Origin: Flavobacteriales bacterium
Lineage (GTDB): Bacteria > Bacteroidota > Bacteroidia > Flavobacteriales_D > Sanyastnellaceae
Direction: 5' to 3'
Length of the DNA: 57,593 nt
NCBI GenBank assembly: GCA_947464415.1
Contig: CANHWU010000001.1
Coordinates: 1 to 57,593, forward strand
Part shown: piece by piece, positions 35,292-45,477 of the stretch
Layout: every line of letters starts with the position of its first letter
Numbering within the stretch: position 1 is the stretch's first letter
Made by a program: the position numbers and the translations under genes
Notes under the pieces: model-generated
What the model saw: the letters and a program-made list of their open reading frames with translations, nothing else
Database searches by the model: none
Told to the model about the DNA's origin: nothing

Positions 35292-37370
35292 ATGTCGGAA
35301 ACGCCTATAGCTGCTCAAAAAGAGCATTCCATTACTGTCCATGGAGATGTAAGAAACGACCCCTATTATTGGATGCGATTGTCGGATGAGCAAAAAAACG
35401 CGGTTGAAAAAGACGATCAAACGCGCAGCGTATTGGCCTATCTCGATCAAGAAAATGCGTTCACCAAAAAGTCCTTGGCTCACACCCAAGATTTTCAGGA
35501 AAAGCTATTCCTTGAAATGAAGGGGCGCATCAAAGAGACGGATCAGAGTGTTCCGGTTAAAGATAATGGTTATTGGTATTATACGAGATTTGAAGAGGGT
35601 AAGGACTATGCTTACTATTGTCGTAAAAAAGAAACTTTGGAAGCGGCAGAGGAAGTATTGATCGATGGCCCTAAGTTAGCTGATGGTAAAGCTTATTGGG
35701 CATTAGGAGGTATGACCATCAGTGAGGACAATCAATGGATGGCTTACGGGGTGGATGAAGTGAGCCGACGGGTGTATCAAATTCAGTTTGAAAATTTAAA
35801 CGATCCATTATTTCATTCAGAAGTTTTGGAAGGTACTTCCGGCAGGGCCACTTGGGCAGCGGATAATAAAACCGTTTTTTACACAAAAAAGGATCCTCAG
35901 ACCTTGCGCGATTTTCAAATTTGGAGACATGTTGTTGGAACGCCACAAGCGGAAGATGTTTTGGTTTTTCAAGAGGATGATGAAGAGTTTTCTTGCTATG
36001 TTTTTAAAACAAAAAGCGAGGCTTATATTATCATAGGAAGTTCTCAAACATTGATTAAAGAGTATCGTTATATCAAGGCCAATGAGCCGTTGAGTGAGTT
36101 CAAAGTTTTTTTAGAAAGGCAGGATGATCATGAGTATGGGATTGACCATTATGGTGATCATTTTTTCATTACTACGAACTGGGAAGCCAAAAATTTTCGT
36201 TTGATGAAATGTCCTTTGGAGGATACAAGGCAGTCTCAATGGCAAGAGGTGCTTCCGCATCGAGAAGAGGTATTATTGGAAGGTGTGGAGATCTTTAGAG
36301 ACTACATGGTAGTGGATGAGAGGATCAACGGGTTGACCTGTTTAAGAATCATGCGTTGGGATAATACGGTGGATTATTACTTACCCTTTGCCGATGCTGC
36401 TTATGCTGCGGGAGTGGGCGCTAATCCTGATTTTAATACAGAGATATTACGATATGGTTATTCTTCCATGGTAACCCCTGCCTCTACTTTTGATTTCAAC
36501 ATGAGGACTCAAGAGAGTTGTCTTTTAAAGCAACAAGAGGTGGTGGGCGGTTATGATCGCAATCAATATTATTGTGAAAGAGTGATGGTGACGGCTCGTG
36601 ATGGAGTGCAGGTGCCAATGTCTATTGTGTATAGAAAAGATTTTAAAAAGAATGGCGAACAGCCGGTATTATTGTATGCCTATGGAAGTTATGGTCATAG
36701 TATTGATGCAGGTTTTAGTTCGGGCAGATTGTCGCTGTTAGACAGGGGATTTGCATTTGCTATTGCCCACATCAGAGGGGGGCAAGAGATGGGAAGACAA
36801 TGGTATGAAGATGGGAAGTTGCTAAAAAAAATGAATACTTTTCACGATTTCATTGATTGTGGGCAATTTTTAGTGAATGAGCAATACACCTCAGAAAATG
36901 GACTTTTTGCTATGGGGGGGAGCGCAGGGGGCTTACTCATGGGAGTAGTCGCTAATCAAGCTCCGAGTTTATTCAAGGGGATTATTTCAGCTGTACCCTT
37001 TGTTGATGTTGTTACTACTATGTTGGATGAAACGATTCCCCTCACCACTTTTGAATTTGATGAATGGGGAAATCCGCAGCACGAAGAGTATTATTGGTAT
37101 ATGAAATCCTACTCTCCCTATGATAACATTGTTAAACAAGATTATCCTAATATATTGGTCACCACGGGCTATTGGGACAGTCAAGTGCAGTATTGGGAGC
37201 CGGCAAAGTACATTGCTAAATTGCGAACCCATAACACAGGAAAAAATCCAATTCTATTTTGGTGTAACATGGATGCGGGTCATGGTGGGAAGTCGGGACG
37301 ATTTGAGGCCTTGAAAGAAGTGGCGATGGAATACGCCTTTATGCTGGATTTGGTGGGAATTACAGAGTAG
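35292..37370 (+). CDS. ptrB: Oligopeptidase B / S9A prolyl oligopeptidase family serine protease
   Basis: 692 aa. N-terminal DPYYWMR, a beta-propeller region, catalytic GGSAGGLLMG, and C-terminal D...GHGG. Confidence 0.9.
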   Translation: MSETPIAAQKEHSITVHGDVRNDPYYWMRLSDEQKNAVEKDDQTRSVLAYLDQENAFTKKSLAHTQDFQEKLFLEMKGRIKETDQSVPVKDNGYWYYTRFEEGKDYAYYCRKKETLEAAEEVLIDGPKLADGKAYWALGGMTISEDNQWMAYGVDEVSRRVYQIQFENLNDPLFHSEVLEGTSGRATWAADNKTVFYTKKDPQTLRDFQIWRHVVGTPQAEDVLVFQEDDEEFSCYVFKTKSEAYIIIGSSQTLIKEYRYIKANEPLSEFKVFLERQDDHEYGIDHYGDHFFITTNWEAKNFRLMKCPLEDTRQSQWQEVLPHREEVLLEGVEIFRDYMVVDERINGLTCLRIMRWDNTVDYYLPFADAAYAAGVGANPDFNTEILRYGYSSMVTPASTFDFNMRTQESCLLKQQEVVGGYDRNQYYCERVMVTARDGVQVPMSIVYRKDFKKNGEQPVLLYAYGSYGHSIDAGFSSGRLSLLDRGFAFAIAHIRGGQEMGRQWYEDGKLLKKMNTFHDFIDCGQFLVNEQYTSENGLFAMGGSAGGLLMGVVANQAPSLFKGIISAVPFVDVVTTMLDETIPLTTFEFDEWGNPQHEEYYWYMKSYSPYDNIVKQDYPNILVTTGYWDSQVQYWEPAKYIAKLRTHNTGKNPILFWCNMDAGHGGKSGRFEALKEVAMEYAFMLDLVGITE

Positions 37371-37992
37371 TTTTTACTCCTACAGAAGCGAGCAACTCAA
37401 ACAAATCCATACCGGGTGTTAAGTGAAGACCAATAAGCCCTGCCTTCTGAGCGCCTTTGACATGCTGTATAGAGTCGTCTACAAAAACAGTTTCTGATGG
37501 ATGTAAAGCATGAAGTTGGCACACATGAAGAAAGGTTTCAGGATGTGGTTTCCTTTTTCCAAGAACTTGACTATAGTGAATAGCTTCTAATGCATTTTCC
37601 ATCATTGCCCACTCTCCATTTTGTTGCATCATCTCTTCAAAAGCAGGAGCATGAATGGCATTGGTATTACTCAGTAGGAAGGTACGGTAGTTTTTTTTAA
37701 GTAATGGCAATTGTGCTATTCGATGGGAAATAGGATTTAAAAGGATACTATTCCAAGCGGCTGCAATTTGAGATCGGGTAGCCGTCGGCATACGAGAGGA
37801 GAGATAATTCCAAAATTCTGCCACTTCAATTTTCCCTGTTTCAAGTAAATCATATATCTCATTCTGAGAAGCTTGAGAGTAATCTTCGTTGAAATTTTCC
37901 CATCCTAATTTTGCAAACTCTCTGTGAGGGGCGTGGTAGTCAATGTCAAAAAGTACCCCTCCGAAATCAAGAATGACATTTTTTACAGACAT
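37360..37992 (-). CDS. HAD-IA family hydrolase
   Basis: 210 aa. Motif I variant ILDFGGVLFDID, LLSNTN (motif II), and KPHPE...VFVDD (motifs III/IV). Confidence 0.8.
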   Translation of the reverse strand: MSVKNVILDFGGVLFDIDYHAPHREFAKLGWENFNEDYSQASQNEIYDLLETGKIEVAEFWNYLSSRMPTATRSQIAAAWNSILLNPISHRIAQLPLLKKNYRTFLLSNTNAIHAPAFEEMMQQNGEWAMMENALEAIHYSQVLGKRKPHPETFLHVCQLHALHPSETVFVDDSIQHVKGAQKAGLIGLHLTPGMDLFELLASVGVKTTL

Positions 37993-37995
37993 GAA

Positions 37996-39009
37996 TTATC
38001 TTTTTGTCCAAGCAAAAGGATCTACTTGAGCTACCTTTTTTCTCAAATTGATCTCTTCTTCTTCTCCGAAGGCCTCTCCGTAGCAGGCATAATATCTTCC
38101 ATCAAAATCAATCACTTTTGCTCCTGTGAAGCCAATGCTCTGAAAAAGATTTACCTTTTTTACAGCGTTGTCTTTTATTACAAACACACCTCCTACAACC
38201 CAAGTAGTTCCAATGTTTACTGTGGTTTTATTATTCTTGTAGCTGTTGCTTTTAGCTTTTGACTTATCAGATGCTGTTGATTCAACGGCCTTTTTGTTAT
38301 TCGTGTTATGGGTATAATCTGGAATTGTGAGCAAACGCAAACTTTCTGGGCTGGGTAATACTGAATTGTTTTCAGGTAGCTGCGGGGTGGTGGGTAGATA
38401 ATTAGATGGGATCTCTTGAGTATTCCAATTCCATCCTGCTGTATCCGTATGGTGAAGTGATTGTTTCGTTGCAAAAATCCCTAGACCTAATGCTAATGCA
38501 AGACCCGCCGCTACTAGCCATTTTTTGGTGTGTGGATAGGGAGACTTTTCGGTGGATTGAATCAATTTGTGCGGTTGGGTTACCTGTAGTTGAATGGTAG
38601 GTAAACCAAATGAGGACTTTAAAAAAGTATTATGCTCACTGGGAATAAATTGGATTTGTCCATTTACATCTTGGGCAAAAACGCCAATTTGAGCAAGGAG
38701 AATTTTTTCTCCATTCATTAATTTTTGATGATGCTCTTTCACCCAATTTTGGATGTGCTGCTGAGCCTCTTGAATACTGATAAATAATTTTTTGGCAATA
38801 TGACTTTGCAGCAGTCCGTCTTGTTGAGTCAGATGCTTGTTAAAGCTTAATTGTCTTGAGGGTGGAAATAACTCATGGGTAATAGGATTTTTTTTGGCGG
38901 ATTGATAATTGGCTATAAAACCACCCCAACCGGGTAATATGACACAGTCATGTTCCCACAATAATTCTTCTATGAAAAGGGCCAAATTCATCCCCACAAA
39001 GATAACCAA
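37996..39009 (-). CDS. HU-CCDC81-like N-terminal domain protein with C-terminal SPOR domain
   Basis: LLWEHDCVILPGWGGFIANYQSA...FPPSRQLSFNKHLTQQDGLL is the bacterial HU_CCDC81 pattern. There is a mid TM segment (WLVAAGLALALGLGIFA). The C-terminus VGGVFVIKDNAVKKVNLFQSIGFTGAKVID.DGRYYACYG is SPOR-like. An alternative ATG lies at 38991. Confidence 0.65.
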   Translation of the reverse strand: MVIFVGMNLALFIEELLWEHDCVILPGWGGFIANYQSAKKNPITHELFPPSRQLSFNKHLTQQDGLLQSHIAKKLFISIQEAQQHIQNWVKEHHQKLMNGEKILLAQIGVFAQDVNGQIQFIPSEHNTFLKSSFGLPTIQLQVTQPHKLIQSTEKSPYPHTKKWLVAAGLALALGLGIFATKQSLHHTDTAGWNWNTQEIPSNYLPTTPQLPENNSVLPSPESLRLLTIPDYTHNTNNKKAVESTASDKSKAKSNSYKNNKTTVNIGTTWVVGGVFVIKDNAVKKVNLFQSIGFTGAKVIDFDGRYYACYGEAFGEEEEINLRKKVAQVDPFAWTKR

Positions 39010-39012
39010 AAA

Positions 39013-39738
39013 TCAACGGTGGATGTGTTTCAAAATTTCGGATATGTCAGAAGGAATGTCTACACTGGGTGTTTCTATTTCAGTTTCAGTGGTTTGAATG
39101 GCTATGCCGCTTTCTAACCAGCGTAATTGTTCTAAAGATTCGATTTTTTCAAGACCTGAAGTTGAAAGTTGTTTGATTTTTGGCAATATCTCAGCTGAAA
39201 ATCCATACATCCCAATGTGTTTCCAAAAGAATGAAAAATTTTCTGGTTCTTGAAATGGAATTCCGGATCGAGAAAAATATAAGGCCTTACCATTGGAATC
39301 CATTACCACTTTGACTCGATTTTTGTTTTGAAAATCCTCCCAAGAATAATTTTTTTTCACCAAGGTTGCGATGGTAGCTTTTTTTTCCGTCAAGCTCTTG
39401 ACCAAGGTATCGATTTGTTGGGCTGCAATCAGCGGCTCATCTCCTTGAACATTGATCAAATGGCTAAAGTCGCCTTCCCTTTTTTCGAAGGCCTCGATAC
39501 ATCTATCGGTCCCGCTTGGATGGTGGAGTTGAGTCATTATGGCTTTTCCCCCAAATGCAATTACTGCTTGGTAAATATGCTCATGGTCGGTGGCTACTTT
39601 CCATTCATTGACCAATTGAGATTGTTGGCAATTTTCCCAGACCCATTGAATCATGGGCTTGTTTTGAATCATCGCCAATGGTTTTCCCGGGAAACGAGTG
39701 CTTCCCATCCGTGCGGGGATGATGCCTAAGATCTTCAT
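39013..39738 (-). CDS. kdsB: 3-deoxy-manno-octulosonate cytidylyltransferase (CMP-KDO synthetase)
   Basis: 241 aa. Motifs IIPARMGSTRFPGKPL, VATD, NVQGDEP and EQLRWLE. Its start overlaps the upstream TonB receptor stop by 4 nt. Confidence 0.92.
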   Translation of the reverse strand: MKILGIIPARMGSTRFPGKPLAMIQNKPMIQWVWENCQQSQLVNEWKVATDHEHIYQAVIAFGGKAIMTQLHHPSGTDRCIEAFEKREGDFSHLINVQGDEPLIAAQQIDTLVKSLTEKKATIATLVKKNYSWEDFQNKNRVKVVMDSNGKALYFSRSGIPFQEPENFSFFWKHIGMYGFSAEILPKIKQLSTSGLEKIESLEQLRWLESGIAIQTTETEIETPSVDIPSDISEILKHIHR

Positions 39739-42155
39739 AGGTTGATACTGTATTGAACGGCGAAATTTCGGGTATCTTCCAAGGCGAGTGGTCGCATGGA
39801 GTAAATTCGATTTAAAACATTATTCACTACCAAAGAAAGTGAGGAGTTTTTAAATTGTCTACCCAAACGCAAGTCAAATACATAATCTCCCGTTGTATGT
39901 GTATCGCGCCACTCCTGGATGCCGGGGTTGAATAAACTGGGAAATTGCCTTTCCAATTCTTGAAACGCGATGTCAATATTTTGCATGTGACTGTTGTATC
40001 TGAAGCTGATTCCTGTATTCCATTTTTTCCATCTAGCCGCAATGTCCCAACGGAATAAATGTTGCATGCGATATTTTAAAATATTGTTTTGTGATTGGGA
40101 GGATGTGCTTAAATAACTGGGTTTGGCTAAAAGCGGAATGTAATAAATGTTGACGCTGTCTTGCTGCGCATATTGCATAGAGGGTGTAAGTGAAATGGGT
40201 TGTGTATAAGTATATCCTCCCAAAACGTCTATCGAGAATTGTTCATTGATTTTTCCAGTACCCATGATACTGCATTCTGCACCACGCACTCTGGCCTTGC
40301 CAGTGTTAAGACTTTTGAATCCAAAGCCGAGCATGTTGTCAATATTGGGATCAGGTCCCCATTGTCCGAAAGTGAACTCTATAAAATTTTCAAAGCGTTG
40401 TTGAAATAATGCGACATCTAAGAAACCCATGAATTCGCCCAACTTAAATCCTTGCTTGATACCGATTTCCATGTTGTCGGAAGTTTCTGCTTTGATATCA
40501 GGGTTAGCAAATATTTTAATTGCTCCCAAGGAGGTGACCACAAATTTTTCGGCAATACTCGGAAATCGATATCCTTGGCCATAGGAGGCCCTCAGAAAAG
40601 TAGCTTTGGCGAGCACATAGTTAAGGCCAGTGCGGAAAACGGGTCTTCCTTGTTGTTCCGCATTGACAGTGAATTGCTCATAGCGGCAGCCCGCAGAGTA
40701 GCTGAGTTTCTTTTTTAGTTTACCGTCGATTTGCAAATAAGCAGCACGATTTTGAGCAGTATTCTCTCCATTGGCATTGCCCCCCGTGAATATTTGTCCT
40801 CTTGCGTCGGTGTAGCTATTCACTATCCCCAATGTTGAAGTAATGTTGGGGATTCCCCAATTTTCCCAGTCTTGTTGATATTGATATTCCGTATAAAATA
40901 CATCACTGAAATTTCCTTGTTGGTTATTGTTGTGGTTGTCAAGAGACTGCCATCTGGATTTGAAAGTGTGCTTATTTCCTCTGCTCCCAAAGTATTCCAA
41001 GTAAGGATCAACCGTGGAAAGCAATTGAACGGTGTGAGTAGTACTACCTTGATAGGAGCCGTACAAACCTTCTTGTAAGTTTTCCCAAATCATGGTTGCG
41101 TTGTATTCACTCTGAGCGATGATGGTATTGATCCCCCAAGAGAGACCTTTGATCTTTTTAAATCGGTTGCGCAGTTGAAAATTGAGACGGGCTCTGTTTT
41201 CAGCGTCATAGCGATCAATGGTGAAGGGATTTTGATCATAACTGGTGAGATTTCCCAAAGAATCCTTTACAGGACCTAGTGATCCATCGTCTCCTTGGAC
41301 AGTAGTGGCGATCAGCCAATCCCATTGCCCTTTTTTTTCGGAGTGTGAGAAATAAAAACCCGCTTTTTTCCCGTTTCCCTTCCAATATTTTTGTTTTCCT
41401 TTTGGCGTCTCATAAGCACCAAACCAAGATTGAAATTTGGTGATGGGTTGGTTGGTAGCGTATGCAGTTCTGAAATGGATCACTCCACTCAATGCAGAAC
41501 TTCCGTATAAAACACTGCTTGCTCCTTTGATGATTTCTACTTGTGCAATATTCTCCAATGGTAAGAAGGCCCACGAGGCTTTTCCTGCGTCACCGCTGAG
41601 AATAGGAATGTCATCGATCAAAACTTGGACTCTGGACCCAGCGCCAAAACTATAGCCGCTTCCGCTCCTGATTTGAGGTTCATTATCTACAATGGCCACC
41701 CCAGGTGCTTGTTGCAAACCTTCGTCAATCGATGTGATATTTTTGTCTTGAAATAATTTGGGTTGAATGACCTCCATACTCACTGTTACTTCTTCCAGGC
41801 GTTGCTCGTGTTTTGAAGCAGAAACTACTAAAAAACCGAGTTGAATGTCCTTGTTGGTAAGGATAATATTCCCGAGATCAATATTCTTTTGAACATCTAT
41901 TTCAATTTTCCGATTGAAAAAACCCATCAATTCCAATTGTATGATGTTTTTCCCTTTGGGTAAGCTCAAAACGAAATTCCCATTTTGTTGGGTTTTTGTT
42001 CCAATGCTTCCCGAAAAAGCCAGTACATCGGGTATGGTTTTGTTGGAAGTGCTATCGACAACGGTGCCGGTTACAGTATAAACTTGAGCACTCAGACTCA
42101 TGGACAAAATACAAAAAATAAAAAGGAACAAATGGTTTTTGATCAGCAGTCTCAT
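39735..42155 (-). CDS. TonB-dependent receptor with carboxypeptidase-regulatory-like domain
   Basis: Signal peptide MRLLIKNHLFLFIFCILSMSLSAQ and CarbopepD_reg YTVTGTVVDSTSNKTIPDV. Plug motifs are SGSGYSFGAGSRVQVLIDDIPIL and IIKGASSVLYGSSALSGVIHFRT. The ORF opens at TTG 42185; ATG 42155 gives a canonical signal peptide. Confidence 0.85.
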   Translation of the reverse strand: MRLLIKNHLFLFIFCILSMSLSAQVYTVTGTVVDSTSNKTIPDVLAFSGSIGTKTQQNGNFVLSLPKGKNIIQLELMGFFNRKIEIDVQKNIDLGNIILTNKDIQLGFLVVSASKHEQRLEEVTVSMEVIQPKLFQDKNITSIDEGLQQAPGVAIVDNEPQIRSGSGYSFGAGSRVQVLIDDIPILSGDAGKASWAFLPLENIAQVEIIKGASSVLYGSSALSGVIHFRTAYATNQPITKFQSWFGAYETPKGKQKYWKGNGKKAGFYFSHSEKKGQWDWLIATTVQGDDGSLGPVKDSLGNLTSYDQNPFTIDRYDAENRARLNFQLRNRFKKIKGLSWGINTIIAQSEYNATMIWENLQEGLYGSYQGSTTHTVQLLSTVDPYLEYFGSRGNKHTFKSRWQSLDNHNNNQQGNFSDVFYTEYQYQQDWENWGIPNITSTLGIVNSYTDARGQIFTGGNANGENTAQNRAAYLQIDGKLKKKLSYSAGCRYEQFTVNAEQQGRPVFRTGLNYVLAKATFLRASYGQGYRFPSIAEKFVVTSLGAIKIFANPDIKAETSDNMEIGIKQGFKLGEFMGFLDVALFQQRFENFIEFTFGQWGPDPNIDNMLGFGFKSLNTGKARVRGAECSIMGTGKINEQFSIDVLGGYTYTQPISLTPSMQYAQQDSVNIYYIPLLAKPSYLSTSSQSQNNILKYRMQHLFRWDIAARWKKWNTGISFRYNSHMQNIDIAFQELERQFPSLFNPGIQEWRDTHTTGDYVFDLRLGRQFKNSSLSLVVNNVLNRIYSMRPLALEDTRNFAVQYSINL

Positions 42156-42290
42156 ATACATGACGTCTTGAATTAACATCGGCAAGATAATAATTTGAGT
42201 GTTTTTTAACCGATAATTTCAGTTTTTTTCTTTAATTATGCAACAAATATGGATTCCTTGGCGTAGACCACGTATCTTATAGATTTGCTT

Positions 42291-45200
42291 ATGAAACAAA
42301 GTATATTATTAATCATTGCGTGTCTCTCATTTTTTGGAGTGTCGTACGCTTATGACCTGAAACAAGGATTCGTTGAAAATAGAGGTCAGTGGATGACCTC
42401 TGATCGAGAAGTTTATTTTGAAAATCATGATCACCAGGTTTCGTTCCGGATTACCAGTTTGGGATTGGAATATGAATGGGCAAAACCCAATGGAGCGTCT
42501 TTGGATTTAAATAGAGTTTATCTTGAACCTTTGGGGGGCAAATTAGGCGCCTTTCAAAAAATGGAGGCGGTGAATGATAATTTCTATTACACCTCTGGTC
42601 GTGAAGTAGTAGCCAAAGCGTACAAAAAAATAGTACTCAAAGATCTTTATCCGCTCATAGACTGGGTGATCTATGATACTGAATGGGGGATAAAATATGA
42701 TTTCATTGTGCACCCGGGTGGAGATCCTCGGGATATTCAATTGAATTGGAGAAATGCAGAGGGTGTAAAGATTACCGGAGATGGCGGTATGACAGTGGAT
42801 GGTAAACTAGGAGAAATTTCGGATAAGGCTCCGATCGCATTTCAAGGAGATCAAAAAGTGTGGGTACAATATGTTTTGAAAGGAAAGAGATTTGGGTTTG
42901 ATCTTGGTGATTTTGACCCCAAACAAGATTTGATTATCGATCCAGAAGTTATTTGGTCTTCTTATTACGGGGGAGAAGTTTTTGATGATATCACTGGAAT
43001 CACTTCTGATGTGGATAATAATATTTATATCACAGGAACCACCACGAGCACAACGGTTATTTCTGGGAATGCAGTCGGAGGGAATATACATCAAGCCAAT
43101 ATGAATGGAAGTCGAGATGCGTTTATTGCCAAGTTCAATGCGCAAGGCCAAAGATTATGGGCTACCTATTATGGTGGAGAGGGTCAAGATGAAGGGAATA
43201 CGATTGCCATAGATCAAAATGGATTTGTTTATATGGGGGGCACTACTACATCCACTATGTTGGTGGCATCATTTGGTTTCCAGCCCACCTTGAGCGGAAT
43301 ACGAGATGGTTTTATCGTGAAGTTCAATGGGAATGGTCAACGGGTTTGGGGAAGTTATTTGGGAGGTTCTGGCTCTGAATATGTATTGGGAATTACGGTA
43401 GATAATGAGGGACGAGTGCTTGTTTTGGGTGAAACTACTTCCAGTGATTATCCGGTGTTTGGAGGAGGTGATAATGTTTATGGCGGTCAAGGTGATGTTT
43501 TCATTACTTGTATCAATGGCATGGCTTCTTTGTATTGGAGTACGTTTTTTGGAGGAGAGAATATCGAAACCGCAGGAGGAATTGGCTATGACGCGCTGAA
43601 CGATAGAATTTATATAACCGGCAGCACAGCTTCTGTGACGGGAATAGCAAGTTCTGGGCAACAAACTACCTATGGTGGCGGTTTGAAGGATGGATATATT
43701 GCGGCTTTCAATGAGTTGGGGGTGATGTCTTGGGCCACCTATGTGGGAGGCGTGGGAACAGATATCGCTGAGCAGTGCAGTTCTGATATTTATGGTAATA
43801 TTTATTTGGTGGGGACCACCTCTTCCAACGGTTTTGCAACGGTTGGTGCCTTTCAACCTTCCTTTGCCGGTGGGGTATCGGATGCGTTTATGGCAAAGTA
43901 TTCCAGCACGGGAATACTCAATTGGAGAAGCTACTTTGGTGGCCCAGGGGCAGATGTAGGATCGTCTATGGTGGCCGATGCAGTGGGAAATATATATTTT
44001 GGTGGACAGACCAACTCTGCAGGTTTAGCGATCAATGGATTTCAAACTTCGGTGCAAGGGGGTACCGATCTATTCCTTACTAAGTTTACTGTAGAAGGAA
44101 CACCACAATGGGCCACCTATTATGGAGGAGCAGGAAATGAGGAGTTGAGATTTTTAAGCATTGATCCTATGCAGAAAATATTGTTTGCGGGATCTGCGGC
44201 ATCTCCGCTTTTGGCCTCTAATGGCTGGCAATCTACCCTGAATGGAGGACAAGATGGAATTTTTGGAAGAATAGAAGATTGTCCTAATCCCTATGTAACC
44301 ATTGCCATAGATGGTGAATTGGAGTTCTGTGAGGGTGAAATCGTCACCATGGCGGCAGGGGGAGCCGATAGCTATGTTTGGAGTACAGGGGATACCACAG
44401 AATTCATCGAAGTGGAGGAGACGCAGTGGATTACAGTTCGAGGTTTAATGGACGGTTGTCAAGGAATTTCGGCTCCATTATATGTGGACGCGAAGCCGCT
44501 TCCGGAAGTTTCGATATTCTTTGTGGGTGAAACCGTTTATTGCACTCCTGACATTTATCTGGAATTATTTCCTACTGTTACTCCTGATTCGTTGGTGGCT
44601 TTTTGGGAGTGGACACATGATAACTCTCAATCGGATCCTCTCATTGTTACGGAGGAGGGTTCATATACGGTCAGTGTAATGGCGATCAATGAATGTGAGG
44701 CTTCTTCTGGCGTGAGTATTTCTTTAGCGGAAACGCCTGATGTGGTAATGGCATTGGCTACGGACTCTATTTGTGTGTCGGCGCAGCCGCTTAATTTGGT
44801 TGGTTTACCCTTGGGAGGAACCTTTGTTTCTGATGGAGGGGGAATCCAAGGCAGCACATTTAATCCAGGTTTGGCCGGAGGTGGGGCTCATTATATCCAT
44901 TATGAAATCAATGATCCTGTTTCGGGCTGCACAGTCAGTACGCCTGAAGAATTCATCGATGTGTTATTTGCGCCTACTGAGCTTTTCCTCCCCACAGATA
45001 CTATTTGTTTTAATGGATTTCCCGTTCTTATGACGGGGGTTCCCGCGGGTGGATTTTATACTGGTATTGGAGTGTCCGGAAATCAATTTTATCCCAATAT
45101 TGCGGGTTCAGGATGGCATGCCATCACCTATAATTATGTCGACCCGCAAGGTTGTACCAACAGAGCCGTCAGAAATATATATGTTGATCCGTGCGGTGTT

Positions 45201-45452
45201 GGAGTGGAGGAAACGGAACTTTTCCATTGGACGATCTATCCCAATCCTGCACAAGGGGTGTTATATGTGCAATCTGATTTCTCTCAGAAATGTACATTTC
45301 GGATTGTGAATGGCTTGGGTCAAATTGTGCATGTTGGTCAGTTGGGTGTTTTTAATACATTGTCCATAGATGATTTGGCTTCAGGAATTTATACCTTTGT
45401 TGTTGAAACGGAGGAACACAATATTCAGGCAAGGCACTTTGAAAAACAATAG
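42291..45452 (+). CDS. SBBP beta-propeller-repeat protein with Ig-like region and T9SS C-terminal sorting domain
   Basis: There are about 8 repeats of the pattern G...DAFI(A/V)KF...G...W(A/S)TY(Y/F)GG. A Cys-containing Ig-like stretch follows. The CTD reads WTIYPNPAQGVLYVQS...GIYTFVVETEEHNIQARHFEKQ. Confidence 0.75.
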   Translation: MKQSILLIIACLSFFGVSYAYDLKQGFVENRGQWMTSDREVYFENHDHQVSFRITSLGLEYEWAKPNGASLDLNRVYLEPLGGKLGAFQKMEAVNDNFYYTSGREVVAKAYKKIVLKDLYPLIDWVIYDTEWGIKYDFIVHPGGDPRDIQLNWRNAEGVKITGDGGMTVDGKLGEISDKAPIAFQGDQKVWVQYVLKGKRFGFDLGDFDPKQDLIIDPEVIWSSYYGGEVFDDITGITSDVDNNIYITGTTTSTTVISGNAVGGNIHQANMNGSRDAFIAKFNAQGQRLWATYYGGEGQDEGNTIAIDQNGFVYMGGTTTSTMLVASFGFQPTLSGIRDGFIVKFNGNGQRVWGSYLGGSGSEYVLGITVDNEGRVLVLGETTSSDYPVFGGGDNVYGGQGDVFITCINGMASLYWSTFFGGENIETAGGIGYDALNDRIYITGSTASVTGIASSGQQTTYGGGLKDGYIAAFNELGVMSWATYVGGVGTDIAEQCSSDIYGNIYLVGTTSSNGFATVGAFQPSFAGGVSDAFMAKYSSTGILNWRSYFGGPGADVGSSMVADAVGNIYFGGQTNSAGLAINGFQTSVQGGTDLFLTKFTVEGTPQWATYYGGAGNEELRFLSIDPMQKILFAGSAASPLLASNGWQSTLNGGQDGIFGRIEDCPNPYVTIAIDGELEFCEGEIVTMAAGGADSYVWSTGDTTEFIEVEETQWITVRGLMDGCQGISAPLYVDAKPLPEVSIFFVGETVYCTPDIYLELFPTVTPDSLVAFWEWTHDNSQSDPLIVTEEGSYTVSVMAINECEASSGVSISLAETPDVVMALATDSICVSAQPLNLVGLPLGGTFVSDGGGIQGSTFNPGLAGGGAHYIHYEINDPVSGCTVSTPEEFIDVLFAPTELFLPTDTICFNGFPVLMTGVPAGGFYTGIGVSGNQFYPNIAGSGWHAITYNYVDPQGCTNRAVRNIYVDPCGVGVEETELFHWTIYPNPAQGVLYVQSDFSQKCTFRIVNGLGQIVHVGQLGVFNTLSIDDLASGIYTFVVETEEHNIQARHFEKQ

Positions 45453-45477
45453 GCATCTCATAATATTCGGTTTCATC

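Noticed and set aside
42280-42287. Exact TAGATTTG -7 box upstream of the SBBP cargo gene.
   Set aside because: It ends only 3 nt before the ATG at 42291, so the predicted transcription start would fall at or inside the start codon. It is not credible as this gene's promoter without experimental support. TAATTTTG at 52202..52209 (minus strand), only 5 nt from the miaE ATG, is rejected on the same logic.
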